From the NCBI GenBank assembly GCA_965226795.1, contig CBDDDZ010000004.1:224001-288000 (forward strand): DNA of 64,000 nucleotides, given 5' to 3'. Below the pieces are notes generated by a model. That model had not been told where the DNA came from. It did no database searches and saw only the letters and a program-made list of their open reading frames with translations. Positions 38,453 through 48,857 of this stretch are shown in pieces. The DNA is from Candidatus Latescibacterota bacterium (GTDB taxonomy: Bacteria > Latescibacterota > UBA2968 > GCA-2709665). The number at the start of each line of letters is the position of its first letter. Positions within the stretch are counted from its first letter, which is position 1. Both the position numbers and the translations under genes were made by a program.

Positions 38453-39064
38453 CTAAGTCGCAAAAATCGGGAACTTCTCATTGATCAGTATAATCGTTTT
38501 CTGCTTCGCAATGACCCGGTAGGAGCGACTGATGAACTTCCCGCCTTCGAGGTGCGCGACGGCACCCGGCAGACCGCCCAATGACTCCATACCGCACCAG
38601 AGCAGTTCTCGCCGAGTCTCCAGACCGATTTTCCGCAGGAGCCCGCCCAATCCCTCCCTGTCAGACGCCAACGCATCCAGAAAGGATTTCGGCAGACGAT
38701 GCGGCACGATCAACGAGTCTGCGTACACATGAATGGTCGATGGAGAGCCGTCAGGCGTGTGGGCTCGAATCACCGACTGCCTTGAGATCACCTTCGCCCC
38801 TATGGGTAACTCCAACCACGGATGTCCGCCGGAGAGCGTCCGTTCCGACTGCTGTAGGCGGACAACCTCCACCGGCGCCATTGTATACGCTTCGATGAAC
38901 CGTGTAACGGTCCCGTCCGTAACCAGCATCCCCCTCTGAAACGGAGTGAGGCGGGACAGGTTGATTTCTCCCAACGCGGAAGGCTTGTCGTGTTGCGCCA
39001 CAAAGAGTTCTTTCATGCGTGCACCGAGGACGGCGTCCGATTCTTCAATGACGTCATGTTTCAT
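38453..39064 (-). CDS. Chorismate pyruvate-lyase family (DUF98/Rv2949c-like)
   Basis: LTPFQRGMLVTDGTVTRFIEA, YADSLIV, LETRRELL, SRSYRVI...INEKFP. Confidence 0.85.
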   Translation of the reverse strand: MKHDVIEESDAVLGARMKELFVAQHDKPSALGEINLSRLTPFQRGMLVTDGTVTRFIEAYTMAPVEVVRLQQSERTLSGGHPWLELPIGAKVISRQSVIRAHTPDGSPSTIHVYADSLIVPHRLPKSFLDALASDREGLGGLLRKIGLETRRELLWCGMESLGGLPGAVAHLEGGKFISRSYRVIAKQKTIILINEKFPIFAT

Positions 39065-39145
39065 GGTCCAGGTTCGCTTTCACCTGCGATGAACGCGCGT
39101 TGGCCGTGAAGAATCATTCGGCGCGGGGACAGACACCCCCACGAA

Positions 39146-40186
39146 TCAATCTACGAGAGGCAGCTTGATCGCTTCGCCGGTATGGGACGAGCGGTAGGCA
39201 GCCAGGGCAATCTCTACGGCCGCACGGCCGTCTTCCCCCGTGACGGGGGGCGGTGTGTCGTCCACGATACAGGTGATGAAGTCCCGAACTTCATCGGCAA
39301 ATGCTTTCTGCCGTGGATCCGGGACCGAGGCGAAGTCGTAGACCGTTTCCCATTCCGTCGCGCCGTCACGGGCAACTTTAACTGTGTTATAAGGGTCAAC
39401 TTCCATCAGACCGTTCTCTCCGACAAGCTCGGCGCCGCAAGTGAAGCCCTTCCAGCCCGGTGGAGGAAGGGCTTCGGAATAGATGAGGTGGGCGCTACCG
39501 CCGTTCCGGAATGCAATCATCACCATATTGGACGTGATGTCTCCGGGGACCTCCGTGCGCAGCGAATAGGACCGGGCGAAGACGTAGTCGGCTTCGCTTT
39601 CGAACCACCAGCGCAGACGGTCGATATTGTGGACGCCCCACGCGATGAGGCCGCCCCGACCGTAGAGATCCGGGTCCGTGAACCATGCACGATCGGGATT
39701 GGGTCTGCGGTAGCCGGGCGTGGCGAGGGTATCCCTGCACATAAGCAGCCGACCGATGGCGCCCTCCTCCAGAAGCCGTTTGGAGACGGCGCCTCCTTCC
39801 CAGTACCGGTGGCTCTGCGCGACCATGAGTTTCCGATTCATTCGATCCGCGCTCTGAATAATCGCGTCGCACTTGTCCAACGTGAGCTCCAGGGGTTTCT
39901 CCACGAGCACATGTTTGCCCGCTTCGAGTGCGGCAATGGCGTGTTCGGCGTGCAGGGCGTGGGGCGTGGTCACAATGACGGCGTGAATATCGTCCCTGGA
40001 AACAAGCGATTCCAGGCTATTCTCGTAGTCCAGGCCGTACTGACCGGCAAGGCCGGGGCCGACTCCCGGAAGGTTGGCGGGATCGTTCACGGCAACGGCT
40101 TCGCCCTGCGTCACGTCTCTGAGGGCGTCGATATGCGTACGCCCCATTTTACCCGCGCCGACGATGCCCACGCGCACACGATCCAT
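39146..40186 (-). CDS. Gfo/Idh/MocA family oxidoreductase
   Basis: GIVGAGKMG, TTPHALH, GKHVLVEKPL, GVHNID. Confidence 0.95.
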   Translation of the reverse strand: MDRVRVGIVGAGKMGRTHIDALRDVTQGEAVAVNDPANLPGVGPGLAGQYGLDYENSLESLVSRDDIHAVIVTTPHALHAEHAIAALEAGKHVLVEKPLELTLDKCDAIIQSADRMNRKLMVAQSHRYWEGGAVSKRLLEEGAIGRLLMCRDTLATPGYRRPNPDRAWFTDPDLYGRGGLIAWGVHNIDRLRWWFESEADYVFARSYSLRTEVPGDITSNMVMIAFRNGGSAHLIYSEALPPPGWKGFTCGAELVGENGLMEVDPYNTVKVARDGATEWETVYDFASVPDPRQKAFADEVRDFITCIVDDTPPPVTGEDGRAAVEIALAAYRSSHTGEAIKLPLVD

Positions 40187-40233
40187 GGGATCCTCTCAAG
40201 TGTCGAAAAAGGTGAGCAGGCGAACGATTCACG

Positions 40234-41130
40234 TCACATCAGGCGTTTGCGCTTGGCCAGATAATTGAACAACACGGTATCGAAGGGCCTTGCGGTGTCC
40301 AGCAGAACGTAGTCGATGAGGCTTTCACGGCATTCACGGCCCAATCGACCGGTAAGGGCGTCCATATGGTCCCTGTAATCAGAGGCGACGTGCCAGGGTT
40401 CGGTGGTTACGGAAGCGCCGGATTCGAGATCCACGAATCGGGTTTCACGACCGAATTCGAGATCGCGTTCCCTGGGGTCCAGTATGTGGAAGACAATGAC
40501 TTCGTGCTTTCGGTGGCGGAAGTGTTTCAGGCCGGAAAGCAGAGCACGGGGGTCGTCCATCAGATCGGACAGGACCACGATGAGGCCGCGGCGCACAATG
40601 CGCTCGGCAAGGCTGTGGAAGGTGGTGGCAAGGTCGGTGTCTTCGCCGTCGGGGTCGGTATTCTGCAGCGTTTCAAGCAGAGCGTGAAGATGGGTCCCCG
40701 TAGATCTGGGCGGCAGGTAGGATCGGATGCCGCGGTCGAAGGATACCAGGCCCACGGCGTCGCGCTGGCGCAGCATCAGGTAGGAGAGCGCGGCAGCGGT
40801 ATAGGCAGCGTACTGAAATTTGGTGAGGCCATTCGATCCGTAGGCCATCGACGCGCTGGTATCCAGGAGGATGTAGGCCTTGAGGTTGGTTTCTTCTTCG
40901 TATTGTTTTACATACAGTCTGTCGGTTTTTCCGTAAACCTTCCAGTCGACGTTGCGGAGCGGGTCGCCCGGTATGTATTGACGATATTCGGAGAATTCAA
41001 CCGAGAATCCGTGGTAGGGACTCTGGTGCAAGCCCGTGATAAAGCCCTCAACCACGAGGCGGGCAACCAGGTCGAGGCGGGACAGGCGGGCGACAACTTC
41101 GGGCTGGAGGTAGGTGCGGAAATCGGGCAT
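40234..41130 (-). CDS. DUF58 / vWA-domain protein (MoxR partner)
   Basis: G.H.SPYHGFSVEFSEYRQY.PGD.LR.VDWK, LLDTSASM (MIDAS-like), VLSDL. Confidence 0.93.
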   Translation of the reverse strand: MPDFRTYLQPEVVARLSRLDLVARLVVEGFITGLHQSPYHGFSVEFSEYRQYIPGDPLRNVDWKVYGKTDRLYVKQYEEETNLKAYILLDTSASMAYGSNGLTKFQYAAYTAAALSYLMLRQRDAVGLVSFDRGIRSYLPPRSTGTHLHALLETLQNTDPDGEDTDLATTFHSLAERIVRRGLIVVLSDLMDDPRALLSGLKHFRHRKHEVIVFHILDPRERDLEFGRETRFVDLESGASVTTEPWHVASDYRDHMDALTGRLGRECRESLIDYVLLDTARPFDTVLFNYLAKRKRLM

Positions 41131-41151
41131 CTGGCGCCAGGAATTGGGGAT

Positions 41152-42147
41152 TCAGGTGGTTTTTTCAAGAAGGCGTTGCACGAGTTCGAACGCCGTGACT
41201 CCTTCGGCCTCGGCGTTAAAGCTGGTGACGATGCGATGGCGAAGAACCGGGACGGCGACAGATTTGACGTCGTCAATCGAGGCTGCGTACCGTCCTTCGA
41301 GGATGGCACGGGCTTTGGCGCCCAGGATGAGGAATTGGGAGGCCCGCGGACCTGCGCCCCAGTTGACCATGCGGGAGACGAAATCCGGCGCGCCGTCGTT
41401 TCCCGGCCGGGTCTTGCGGGCGAGGCCCACGGCGTAGTCAATCACATAGTCGGCCACCGGCACCTTTCGAATGAGATGCTGGAGTTCGACGATTTCCCGT
41501 GCGTCGAATACCGGGTCGATTTCCGCGGTGTAGGCGCTGGTTGTGGTGCGAACGATCCGTTTCTCTTCCTCTTCGGTTGGATAGTCTATCCAGAGGTTAA
41601 ATATGAACCGGTCCAACTGCGCTTCAGGCAGCGGATACGTGCCTTCCTGTTCGATCGGGTTCTGTGTGGCCAGCACAAAAAAGGGTTCTGCCAGGCGAAA
41701 CGTTTCGCCGCCGGCGGTAACCTCGTGTTCCTGCATGGCCTGGAGCAGGGCAGCCTGGGTCTTGGGTGGGGTGCGGTTGACCTCGTCCGCCAGGATGATG
41801 TTCGCAAAGAGGGGTCCCTTGACGAAACGGAAGGTCTTGTGTCCCGAGCGTTGGTCTTCTTCGAGGACTTCCGTGCCGGTGATATCCGAGGGCATCAGGT
41901 CCGGCGTGAACTGAATGCGGCTGAAGCTGAGGTCGAGTGCTCTTGCAAGGGTGCTGATAAGGAGCGTTTTAGCGAGGCCCGGAACCCCGACAAGCAGGCA
42001 GTGGCCGCCGCAAAGGAGTGCGATGAACAACTGGTCCACAATCTCCTTCTGCCCCACGATAATCTTGCCAATTTCGTCCGTGATACGGGTGTGGGCGGTT
42101 TTCAGTCTTTCGACGGCTTCGAGGTCGTCTGCGGGTTGTTCAGGCAT
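41152..42147 (-). CDS. moxR: MoxR-family AAA+ ATPase
   Basis: GVPGLAKT, RIQFTPDLMPSD, LADEVNRTPPKTQAALL, ATQNPIEQEGTYPLPEAQLDRF. Confidence 0.96.
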   Translation of the reverse strand: MPEQPADDLEAVERLKTAHTRITDEIGKIIVGQKEIVDQLFIALLCGGHCLLVGVPGLAKTLLISTLARALDLSFSRIQFTPDLMPSDITGTEVLEEDQRSGHKTFRFVKGPLFANIILADEVNRTPPKTQAALLQAMQEHEVTAGGETFRLAEPFFVLATQNPIEQEGTYPLPEAQLDRFIFNLWIDYPTEEEEKRIVRTTTSAYTAEIDPVFDAREIVELQHLIRKVPVADYVIDYAVGLARKTRPGNDGAPDFVSRMVNWGAGPRASQFLILGAKARAILEGRYAASIDDVKSVAVPVLRHRIVTSFNAEAEGVTAFELVQRLLEKTT

Positions 42148-42229
42148 GGTTGGGCAATCCTTCGAGGGGCGGAAGTAACCGTTTTCGCCGGTCCTCACGG
42201 ATGCCGGCTGCTGGCCGCCGGGGTCGCGT

Positions 42230-43588
42230 TCAGGTTTTCCGTTTCTGTTTTTTGGCTGCCGGGAAAAGGATGTTGTTCAAAATGAGGCGATAGCCGGGGG
42301 AGTTCCGGCGCAGGGCGAGTTGCGTGGGCGGGTCGCCCACGAAGTGGCGATAATCTTCCGGGTCGTGGCCGGCGTAAAATGTAAACGTACCCCGGCCCAC
42401 GTTGCCGTGGATGTATTTGACCTGGTCCGTTCCGCTGACCTCGCCCATTATGGTGACGGACTTCTTGATTCGACTCTTTCGAAACGCGGTGGTCTGTCCC
42501 AGAAACCCGCGGACTACAGGTACGTGGTTCTGGGTGAGCATGGTGGGCACAGGATCGAATTTGGCCGAAAACTCGAACAGAGTGAAGGCATCCGCGTCGG
42601 GCCCGCGCAGCTGCGCGACAGAGGTGGGCGAGATGTCGATGTCCGCGTGTTCATATTCCATGGGGTCCGTAACCAGGGTAAAGTTCTCGAAGGCGACGGT
42701 TCTTGAAAAGTCCAGGCTGGCCTGCGCCGCAGGGTGGGGCGGGTCCCCGTCGTAAAAGGTATCCACAATATCGACACCGGTCGCGGCCAGGGCAATGTCA
42801 AAGGTGTCCGTCGCGGAACACATCGCAAATACGAACCCGCCATCGGAGATGTATTCCAGGATGGCCCGGGCGACGGCGCCTTTTTCCACGGAGACCTTTC
42901 TGAAGCCGAGTCGCCTGGCAAGGCTTTCGAATTGGGCCTGCTGCCGGCGGTACCAGAGTTCCTGGCCATGGCTGCGGTAGAATTTCCCGTACTGACCGGT
43001 GAAATCTTCGTGATGCAGGTGCAGCCAGTCGTACTCGGAGAGTTTCCCCGAAAGCACTTCCTCGTCCCAGAGGATATCGTATGGGATTTCAGCGTGAGAC
43101 AGAGCCAGGGTGACGGCGTCGTCCCAGGGTTGTCTGTTGGGTGGTGAATACACCGCAATCTTCGGCGCGTTTTCAAGCCGCACGGGGTTCATGTTTCCGT
43201 GCTCGATCTCGGCGTAGATTCGAGCGGCATCGGCTCCGGCGATACGCTCGAAATCGACGTCGCGCAGACGCGCCTCCCCGGCTGCCGCATCCACGTAGTC
43301 CAACATGAACGCGCCGCCCCGATAGTTGAGCAGCCATTCCACGTCGATACTCTGTTGTAGCGCCCAATAGGCCAGCCCATAGGCCTTGAGATGATTCGTC
43401 TGCCCGAGATCCATGGGAATGAGCAGTCTGTCGGCGGCGGCATTCGAAGATGCCCCGAACAGACACAGACACAGGGCAAGGACCCTGGCAAAGAGGCCGT
43501 TTGACGTGCGGGGAGGGAACTCGAAGCAAATGTCCCCCCGTGGACCCGCGACAGGCGTTTTTGGGTGCATCCGGCCGTGAATTTCCAA
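42230..43588 (-). CDS. Exported conserved FCB-group protein (often labelled 'asparagine synthetase B'), GATase-like fold
   Basis: Signal-like segment before LLIPMD..Q.NHLKAYG; PWDDAVT, DWLHLHHEDFTGQYGKF, FAMCSATD, GHDPEDY. Start codon uncertain. Confidence 0.8.
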   Translation of the reverse strand: MEIHGRMHPKTPVAGPRGDICFEFPPRTSNGLFARVLALCLCLFGASSNAAADRLLIPMDLGQTNHLKAYGLAYWALQQSIDVEWLLNYRGGAFMLDYVDAAAGEARLRDVDFERIAGADAARIYAEIEHGNMNPVRLENAPKIAVYSPPNRQPWDDAVTLALSHAEIPYDILWDEEVLSGKLSEYDWLHLHHEDFTGQYGKFYRSHGQELWYRRQQAQFESLARRLGFRKVSVEKGAVARAILEYISDGGFVFAMCSATDTFDIALAATGVDIVDTFYDGDPPHPAAQASLDFSRTVAFENFTLVTDPMEYEHADIDISPTSVAQLRGPDADAFTLFEFSAKFDPVPTMLTQNHVPVVRGFLGQTTAFRKSRIKKSVTIMGEVSGTDQVKYIHGNVGRGTFTFYAGHDPEDYRHFVGDPPTQLALRRNSPGYRLILNNILFPAAKKQKRKT

Positions 43589-45415
43589 CTATCCGGGCTC
43601 CTTTCGGGTGGTTTCATGCGCTTTGATTTTCTCTCGAAGCGCCCGCACCTGCTCCCGGGCAACCTCAGCATCCAGGCTGTGCGGATAAGCTGCCAGTACA
43701 GATTCGTAGGTGTGCAGTGCGTCGTGGTATTGGCCAAGTTTCTGATCGTAGATCCTGCCTATGGTGACCATCGCCTCGGGACACAGCGGGCTCCACGGGA
43801 CGCTCGCAAGCAGGTGCCGAGACATCCGAATGGCTTCGTTGTACCTTCCGAGTCTTTCCAGAAGCCCGATCTGAGTCGCCAGGGCGCGATCCAGAAGCCG
43901 CGACTTCGGATGGGTTTCCGCAAACGCCCGGAACGCGCTCAGGGCCGCTTCCGGTTTTTTCCGGCGGGCGAGCCTGGACGCCGTCGCATAGGACTGAAGC
44001 ACCCGGACACCTTCATGGTCCGCCATCTCGAGCAGCACCGAGAGCGCCAGCGCATCGTTGAACGCGAATCGATTGGAAGAGCCCGACAGCATGCTGTCGA
44101 CGATGGCCCGGGCGGCGTCGACGTCGCCGGATAAAAACCGACACTCCGCAATGCCGAAACGAGCGTGTGCGGCGTCTTCCTTGCCCTGTTGTTCACGTGC
44201 AACGCGGGCGTAAACCGATTCAGCTTCGTCAGGCCGGTCCGCAATAACCATCATATCCGCGATTTCGAAGAGGGCTTGATAACGCCAGAAAGAACGCTTT
44301 TTCGCCCCGGCGACCGCGCGGAATGCATCCATTGCGGCCGCTGTATCGTGAGAGGCCCGGCGCAAAAGACGACCCAGCCGATAACCGGCCTCATGCGCGT
44401 ACAGGGTTCCGGGATATCTGCCAATCAGGCTCCGGTACAGGGCCGCAGCCGTGTCGACCCGCGCCAATCCTTCGCTTGCCCTCCCCAGACCCAGCAGTAC
44501 GCCGGGCTGCAGGGCGGTGGCGTCGGAGCCCGTCAGAAGCATTCTATAGGCGGCGGCGGCCGTCGCGAACCGGCCGGCGTCGAAGGCGTGTTTGGCGAGG
44601 CGTAACAGAAACGTCTTTTGAAGCGGATCAAGGTGTGGAAACGTCGAAAAAACCCGCAGCGCCGGTTCCTCACGACGTGCCGCCAGGGCGTATTCCGTGA
44701 ACAGCCGTAGAGAAAGCTCGTCTCGCGGATGCGCCTTTACTTCCTGACCCAGTGTGGCAAGAATCCGGTCCTGCTGATCACCCTCCCTAGCGAAATGCCT
44801 GAAGCGGGATTCGACCAACCCGACAGACTGCGGCTGTTGCCGAACAAAAACGAGGTATTCGGCGACAGCGTCGTGATAACGCACGAACCGTTCTGAGATT
44901 TCAGCCATCTCTCTGGCGAACAGCCGCGGGTTTTTCAGGGTATTACGTCCCTGCCGGCAAACAGACAGGGCCCGGGATGGAAGGTTGTGTTTCAGGAAGC
45001 GGCTCGCAACCCGCGCAAAGGATCCCTCATCTACAGCTTCTTTGACGATACGGTTCCAGTTGGCAATTGCCCCCTCCATGTTGCCCGTTTCGGACTGAAT
45101 GTCCGCCAGCCGAAAACGGACCGACCTGTCCTGCGGTCTCTTTTTGAGATGGGACTCCAGGAGGCGAATGGCTTCGCCGCGCCGGCCGGTACGGTATAGA
45201 ATCGATTCCATACGAAGGAGAATGTCAGCGCGGCCCGGATACCGTTTCAAGAGATTACGGTAAAGCCGCAGTGCTCCCCTCAAGTCGCCTGAGGCTTCCT
45301 TCGCATCGGCCTGTTTCAGCGTTTCCCGGGCGGTGCCCGCAGTGAGACCCATCGGCGCGATCAAGAGAAAAACCGCAAGAACCGGGAATGTACTGGATAA
45401 AGTCCGCATCTTCAT
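43589..45415 (-). CDS. Exported tetratricopeptide-repeat protein
   Basis: Signal peptide and many TPR units (e.g. LYRSLIGRYPGT, YESVLAAYPHS). Confidence 0.88.
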   Translation of the reverse strand: MKMRTLSSTFPVLAVFLLIAPMGLTAGTARETLKQADAKEASGDLRGALRLYRNLLKRYPGRADILLRMESILYRTGRRGEAIRLLESHLKKRPQDRSVRFRLADIQSETGNMEGAIANWNRIVKEAVDEGSFARVASRFLKHNLPSRALSVCRQGRNTLKNPRLFAREMAEISERFVRYHDAVAEYLVFVRQQPQSVGLVESRFRHFAREGDQQDRILATLGQEVKAHPRDELSLRLFTEYALAARREEPALRVFSTFPHLDPLQKTFLLRLAKHAFDAGRFATAAAAYRMLLTGSDATALQPGVLLGLGRASEGLARVDTAAALYRSLIGRYPGTLYAHEAGYRLGRLLRRASHDTAAAMDAFRAVAGAKKRSFWRYQALFEIADMMVIADRPDEAESVYARVAREQQGKEDAAHARFGIAECRFLSGDVDAARAIVDSMLSGSSNRFAFNDALALSVLLEMADHEGVRVLQSYATASRLARRKKPEAALSAFRAFAETHPKSRLLDRALATQIGLLERLGRYNEAIRMSRHLLASVPWSPLCPEAMVTIGRIYDQKLGQYHDALHTYESVLAAYPHSLDAEVAREQVRALREKIKAHETTRKEPG

Positions 45416-48400
45416 CGGGGATCTTCGCGCTTCAGCGCGTCCTGCATCAATGATTCGAAGTAGTTCCGGATGAGTCGCTGGTATTCGGTGGCAAAGCCCG
45501 CATCGAGCGCCGCCCGGAGACGTTTTCGGAGCGGGTTGTCGGCTTCGCCCAGATTTGGGGGCAACGAACCCGGACCCTGGTAAGCGAGGCCTGAACCCCG
45601 CCGCGCGCGCCGTTCTTTGCTTTGGCCGCGTTCCCGAATCGATCGCTGGGCATCCAGCAGGCGCGAGAGAATCCTGCGCTGGCGCTCCAGCGTTCGGCTG
45701 CCTGCGCGCCGGTTCTTCATCTCATGAATGACATCCTCCATTTCGGAAGCTATATTGTCAAGATCGCCTAGCAGCGTCTGTTGTCGGCTGCCCATCCGCT
45801 GGCGGATTTCCTGCAGCGCCTGCTGGATGGCTCTCTGCCGGGCGGCCATGCGAGCGAGGCTCAACTGCTGACCGTGCCCCTCCGCCGACGGAGGCCGCGA
45901 ACCCAACATGGATTCACTCTGGGCGTTCAGACCCGCCTGCTGGTCGGCCAGTTCCTGCATGCGCTGGAGCATTTCTTCAAGACCCACCGAAGAACTGGCA
46001 GCGGCGATGTCCCTGACCACGTTCCGTAGCGCCACAGCCGCATCGTTCAGGGCGCCCATAGCGTCCTTGCCGGTACCGGTAGCCCGGGAACCGGCGCCGA
46101 CCTGAATATGACCGGCAGTCTCCCGGATCTTGATGAGCGCCCGCCCCAGCGCGGCGCCGGTTTCAGGCGTCACAAAATAGGTCCTGTAAGCGGCTTCCAT
46201 CAGGTGGTCCGCCAGACGCGTTGCACCGGCCAGGATACGGGCCTGTTCGATCGCCAGCGCCGTCGGATCGCTATCCCGCGAAATTTCCCCCGCCTTGCGC
46301 GCGGTCTTTTCCTGTGCGGTGGAAAGTCCCAGCAGGTTGTGCGTCAGTTGATCGAGTTGCCGCGTCAGCGCTTCTTTCTGGCGACTAACGAAGGCCTGCC
46401 TGGCCGCCTGGAGTTCGCTTGCGAACCTTTTGAGATCTTCCGCTATGCGTGCACCGCGGTTTCGAGCGGACCGTGTTGCTCCCCCGCGCAGTTCGCGACT
46501 GACATGCCGCATTCTCTCAGGGATGCGTTGCTCTTCAAACCGGTCCGACAGGCGTTCCAGCTCGTTCATCGCTTTGGGGTACACCGTCATTTTCTCTGCA
46601 GTCTGCGCAAGTTCATCCTCAAATGAATCGGCCCGCCTTTCGATCGCGTCCTGCTTCCCGGCCAGGGACGATGGATCGGGTTCATCGCCAATGTTTTCAA
46701 CCACGCGCCGCTGCGCTTCGGACAGCGCTTCCACAGCTCGGACCAACGCCTCAAGGGCCTGCTCCTTGCGCAGTTGTTGCAGCAGGGCGATCGTCCGCTC
46801 CAGAGCCTGTTGAAACCCTTCCTGTTCGGCGCGGAACGCCTTCAGAGCCCCCTCCACGGCTTCAGGATCGACGCGCTGCATCGCGCCGCGGAGTTCCTCC
46901 ATAGCTTCTTTCAACCCGGGCGTCTCAATTTCGGAGAGCAGTTCCTGTATCTGGTTCAGCTTTTGAAGGGTTTCGTCCCCCAGAAGTCCACTCTGTTGCA
47001 GCCTGTCGAGCATCTCTTCGAGTTTCTCGCTCACTTTCTCGAGCTGTTCCGCGGCGGTGGCCTGGTCATCGATCGCGGTTTCCAGTTCCTTGCTGTGCTG
47101 CCATTGCATCTGTCGTTCCTTCAACAGTCGATGCGCAATCTCCTCAAGGCGTTCCCGCACCGCCTCCCCCCCTTCCTGGATGGCTGCCATCCGTTCCAGA
47201 CCCTCTTCCTGCACCCGTTGCGCCTGCCGGTGGATCTCCAGCAAAGATGGAAAGCGAATGGTGAAGGCCGGTGTTTCCGTTATGCCGGGACCGGATATGA
47301 TGTTGGCGTCATACGCGCGTAACCGGAAGACGAGCCGATCGCCTGGCAGCAAGTCCAGGCTTGAGAGATCCCAGACATGGGTCTGGGTGAGTTCTCCGGC
47401 GCCCGGGTTATCCAGGGGGACAGCAAGGCTCTCTACCGCCTCCTCATCGTTCAGGCGGTAACGGATTTCGATCCGGGCAACGCCAAAATCGTCACGGGCC
47501 TCAACGAACAGAGGAACCCGCATGTTCTCCCCCAGTTCGGTGTCTTTGCCCGGGCGAAGGAGACGAATTTCAGGAGGATGGTCCTGAAGGGCCACAACGC
47601 GGTATTCTACAGGATTCGTGCTGGGTATTCCGTGTGTATCGCGGAGAGCGATTGTATATCGCCGGTTCTGTTTGACGGTCAGATTGACAACAGCGAGAGT
47701 TCCGTTTATCCGCGCAGTTGACGCGATGCTGTCGTCTAAGACGATTTCAGCCGTGCTCAACGGAAGGCTGGATTCGAAATTAAGGGTGGTCGAAGTCCCC
47801 GTAATGGCCGCAATGTCGCCACCGTCTATGTCGCGGACATCCTCCAACCCGGTATAGGCCGGATAACGGTTGTCGTGGCCGAGCCGCACGACTACCGGCC
47901 GGGGTTTCGCGGTGACCGTGTAAACCGGCGTTACCGCGTCGTTCGCACGAAGACGGTACTGGAACGACCTTGTAACGGCGGGCATCCTGTGCGCGATCCG
48001 CCCGTTTCGGACCGTAAGCTCTCGAGGTGTCCACGCGTCGTCTTCCCGTAATAGGATGTGGGCCTGAAGGGGCACGAGACCTGTGAGGGTCGCCGTTATT
48101 GCAAAGGGCTCGCCAGCGATGATTTCAGCGCTCCCGGGATGGAGGGCAATAAATGTTTCAGGTGGGCGGACATAGACCGTCGAGGGATGAGCAAGGCGGC
48201 GGGCGGCCGCGGTAAACGGCCCGGGCAGGATCGTGAATGCAAGGAGGATGGCCAGGCCGAACGCGCCGCACAGGGCGGCCATCCGCAAGGGTGGGGTGCG
48301 GGCGACCAGGGGATCCAGGTTCAGATTCGCGAGGGTTTCATCCGCCTGAATTACGGCGGCTTCAACCATCCGGGGCGAATAGTCGGTGTCCCTGCAATGA

Positions 48401-48747
48401 CCCCAGAGTTGCAGTGCACTGATCAGGCGTTGCTGCAGGCCTCCGAACGCGTGTTCGACCTGCAACGCGACGTCTTCCGGTGAAGGTGGCAGGAACAACG
48501 GACGAACGCAGTATACTGCCGCAAGACCTAGCAGAACAAGCCCCGCGGCGCCCTCCGCTGCCAACTTCACAGCGGGCGATAGATACACGGCGGTTTCCAG
48601 GAGAAGCAAAACGAAAAAGCACCCCAGCGCGCAGCAGAGGGTCACTCCCACGCCGTACAGGATGCGGGCGGCCGTCTGCCTTCTCCGAAGCGCGTAGAGC
48701 GTGCGCAGCAGATTCTGGTACGCGGAATATGGGAATGGTCTGGACAT
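45412..48747 (-). CDS. DUF4175-family membrane-anchored coiled-coil protein
   Basis: N-terminal TMs and RLISALQL, Ig-like region (D.PP.I.L..P, DDFGV, LLPGD), long Q/E coiled coil, C-terminal IRNYF. Confidence 0.85.
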   Translation of the reverse strand: MSRPFPYSAYQNLLRTLYALRRRQTAARILYGVGVTLCCALGCFFVLLLLETAVYLSPAVKLAAEGAAGLVLLGLAAVYCVRPLFLPPSPEDVALQVEHAFGGLQQRLISALQLWGHCRDTDYSPRMVEAAVIQADETLANLNLDPLVARTPPLRMAALCGAFGLAILLAFTILPGPFTAAARRLAHPSTVYVRPPETFIALHPGSAEIIAGEPFAITATLTGLVPLQAHILLREDDAWTPRELTVRNGRIAHRMPAVTRSFQYRLRANDAVTPVYTVTAKPRPVVVRLGHDNRYPAYTGLEDVRDIDGGDIAAITGTSTTLNFESSLPLSTAEIVLDDSIASTARINGTLAVVNLTVKQNRRYTIALRDTHGIPSTNPVEYRVVALQDHPPEIRLLRPGKDTELGENMRVPLFVEARDDFGVARIEIRYRLNDEEAVESLAVPLDNPGAGELTQTHVWDLSSLDLLPGDRLVFRLRAYDANIISGPGITETPAFTIRFPSLLEIHRQAQRVQEEGLERMAAIQEGGEAVRERLEEIAHRLLKERQMQWQHSKELETAIDDQATAAEQLEKVSEKLEEMLDRLQQSGLLGDETLQKLNQIQELLSEIETPGLKEAMEELRGAMQRVDPEAVEGALKAFRAEQEGFQQALERTIALLQQLRKEQALEALVRAVEALSEAQRRVVENIGDEPDPSSLAGKQDAIERRADSFEDELAQTAEKMTVYPKAMNELERLSDRFEEQRIPERMRHVSRELRGGATRSARNRGARIAEDLKRFASELQAARQAFVSRQKEALTRQLDQLTHNLLGLSTAQEKTARKAGEISRDSDPTALAIEQARILAGATRLADHLMEAAYRTYFVTPETGAALGRALIKIRETAGHIQVGAGSRATGTGKDAMGALNDAAVALRNVVRDIAAASSSVGLEEMLQRMQELADQQAGLNAQSESMLGSRPPSAEGHGQQLSLARMAARQRAIQQALQEIRQRMGSRQQTLLGDLDNIASEMEDVIHEMKNRRAGSRTLERQRRILSRLLDAQRSIRERGQSKERRARRGSGLAYQGPGSLPPNLGEADNPLRKRLRAALDAGFATEYQRLIRNYFESLMQDALKREDPR

Positions 48748-48857
48748 AAGCGAGAGGAACGCGAGTACCGAGGCGCGTTCTGCCTTCGCGAACGAGGCAC
48801 AGGGGAGAGGGGGGTGACATTACGGATCCCCCTTTTCATCCCGAGCCGGTCGCGCGG

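Noticed and set aside
40366..42285. 639-aa plus-strand ORF
   Set aside because: Antisense shadow of moxR and DUF58, which have unambiguous motifs; long shadow ORFs are expected at high GC.
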